DNA of 64,000 nt from an uncultured Nitrososphaerota archaeon (GTDB lineage Archaea; Thermoproteota; EX4484-205; JAAOZP01), in the NCBI GenBank assembly GCA_964416155.1, contig CAYQCW010000002.1, forward strand, positions 140,748 to 204,747, read 5' to 3'. The notes under the pieces are model-generated. The model saw only the letters and a list, made by a program, of their open reading frames with translations, made no database searches and had not been told where the DNA came from. A program made the translations under genes and the position numbers. This document shows, one piece after another, positions 63,039 to 64,000 of this stretch. Each line of letters begins with the position of its first letter. Position 1 is the stretch's first letter.

Positions 63039-64000
63039 ATGAGAATAGGAGTACTAACAGGCGGGGGAGACGCACCTGGACTTAACGCAGTAATCCGTGC
63101 TGTTTTGAAGCGTGCTGAGCAGTATGGTTTTGAGGTTGTGGGCATTAAGTATGGCTGGGCTGGTCTGCTGAACATGGATACTGTGCCGCTGAAGTATAGT
63201 GATGTTGAGGATAAAGTTGGTGAGGCTGGGACTGTGATTAAAACCTCTAGGACGAATCCTGCGAAGGACGAGGCTACGATGAATAAATGCATAGAGAACT
63301 TTAGGAAGCTGGGACTGGATGCTTTAATCGCTATCGGTGGCGACGATACTCTTACTGCTGCGAGGAAGCTTCACGAAGCCGGTTTGAAGGCAGTGGGTGT
63401 TCCGAAGACTATTGACAACGACCTTAAGGGTACGGATTACACTTTCGGCTTCGACACCGCGGTTAACGCCGCTATGCAGGCTATCGAGTCTTTGAAGACC
63501 ACGGCTAGGTCACACGACAGGGTGATGGTTGTCGAGATCATGGGTAGACACGCGGGCTGGATAGCTCTCTACTCTGGGCTTGCTGCCGGAGCCGACTTGA
63601 TTCTTATTCCTGAGGAGCCTTTCAAGATTAGCGACGTGGTAGAGTTCGTCAAGAGGAAGAAGCTTGGGAAAGGCAGTTTAACCATTGTTGTCGCAGAGGG
63701 TGCTTTAATAGAGGACTACAAGGGTCCGGTAACGAAGGATGTTAAGGTGGATCAGTATGGGCATGTGTACTTGGGCGGCATAGGCGAGTTCCTAGCTAAG
63801 GAGATTGAGAAAGCCACTGGTTTCGAGACTAGGGCTGTTGTCCCTGCGCACATAATAAGGGGCATGCCGCCGACTGCTTTCGACAGGGTTCTGGCCACGA
63901 GGCTAGGCTACGCCGCTGTGGAGCTCGTCAGGAAGGGTGTTTTCGGAAAAATGGTTGCGCTGAGAGGAACCGAGATCGTGAGCGTCGACCTTTCTGAGGC
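63039..64000 (+). CDS. pfp: PfkA-family 6-phosphofructokinase, probably PPi-dependent; 3'-truncated by window edge
   Basis: Not in ORF track. MRIGVLTGGGDAPGLNAVIR..IAIGGDDTL..VGVPKTIDND..TFGFDTA..VEIMGRHAG. An in-frame ATG at 63021 is an alternative start. Confidence 0.9.
   Translation, partial: MRIGVLTGGGDAPGLNAVIRAVLKRAEQYGFEVVGIKYGWAGLLNMDTVPLKYSDVEDKVGEAGTVIKTSRTNPAKDEATMNKCIENFRKLGLDALIAIGGDDTLTAARKLHEAGLKAVGVPKTIDNDLKGTDYTFGFDTAVNAAMQAIESLKTTARSHDRVMVVEIMGRHAGWIALYSGLAAGADLILIPEEPFKISDVVEFVKRKKLGKGSLTIVVAEGALIEDYKGPVTKDVKVDQYGHVYLGGIGEFLAKEIEKATGFETRAVVPAHIIRGMPPTAFDRVLATRLGYAAVELVRKGVFGKMVALRGTEIVSVDLSE

Noticed and set aside
62996-63292. 98-aa minus-strand ORF
   Set aside because: Antisense shadow of pfk.
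1-64000. tRNA/rRNA genes, CRISPR arrays, transposases, integrases
   Set aside because: No cloverleaf, regularly spaced repeat-spacer array or transposase/integrase motif seen by eye; tRNAscan-SE and Infernal would be needed to exclude small RNAs formally.

Overview
Gene-dense window of an archaeal chromosome. Archaeal markers are rpl13e, Taw1, HerA-NurA, a tungsten-type AOR, DUF131 proteins, TATA-like promoters and many apparently leaderless starts. Gene content suggests an anaerobic, probably thermophilic, sugar/peptide fermenter of the TACK/Thermoproteota radiation (Brockarchaeota/Bathyarchaeia/Thermofilales-like; inference only). Main blocks: (1) nurA-herA, with herA running off the left edge; (2) an ~18.5 kb polysaccharide-utilisation-like locus with a GH3, a membrane-anchored GH50-like enzyme and a GH148/GH5-like enzyme with an inserted CBM4/9, surrounding an uncharacterised transport module (two distantly homologous OPT/DUF6785-type membrane proteins plus a 1518-aa PA/M28-pseudopeptidase-FtsX/MacB fusion, with no ATPase or binding protein in the locus); (3) a KaiC-like ATPase coupled to an AEP primase-fold gene; (4) a more AT-rich housekeeping/accessory stretch with a second FtsX paralogue, an unannotated 38-aa gene and a frameshifted ferredoxin pseudogene; (5) a Dpp/Opp ABC transporter; (6) two complete cytoplasmic [NiFe]-hydrogenase operons back to back (hoxEFUYH group 3d and hydBGDA group 3b) with one maturation protease; (7) galE/galK-like genes, AMMECR1, GT2 and a partial PPi-type phosphofructokinase preceded by a hairpin-dense intergenic region. 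No tRNA, rRNA, CRISPR array or IS element was seen. Family calls come from recognised motifs, not database searches.
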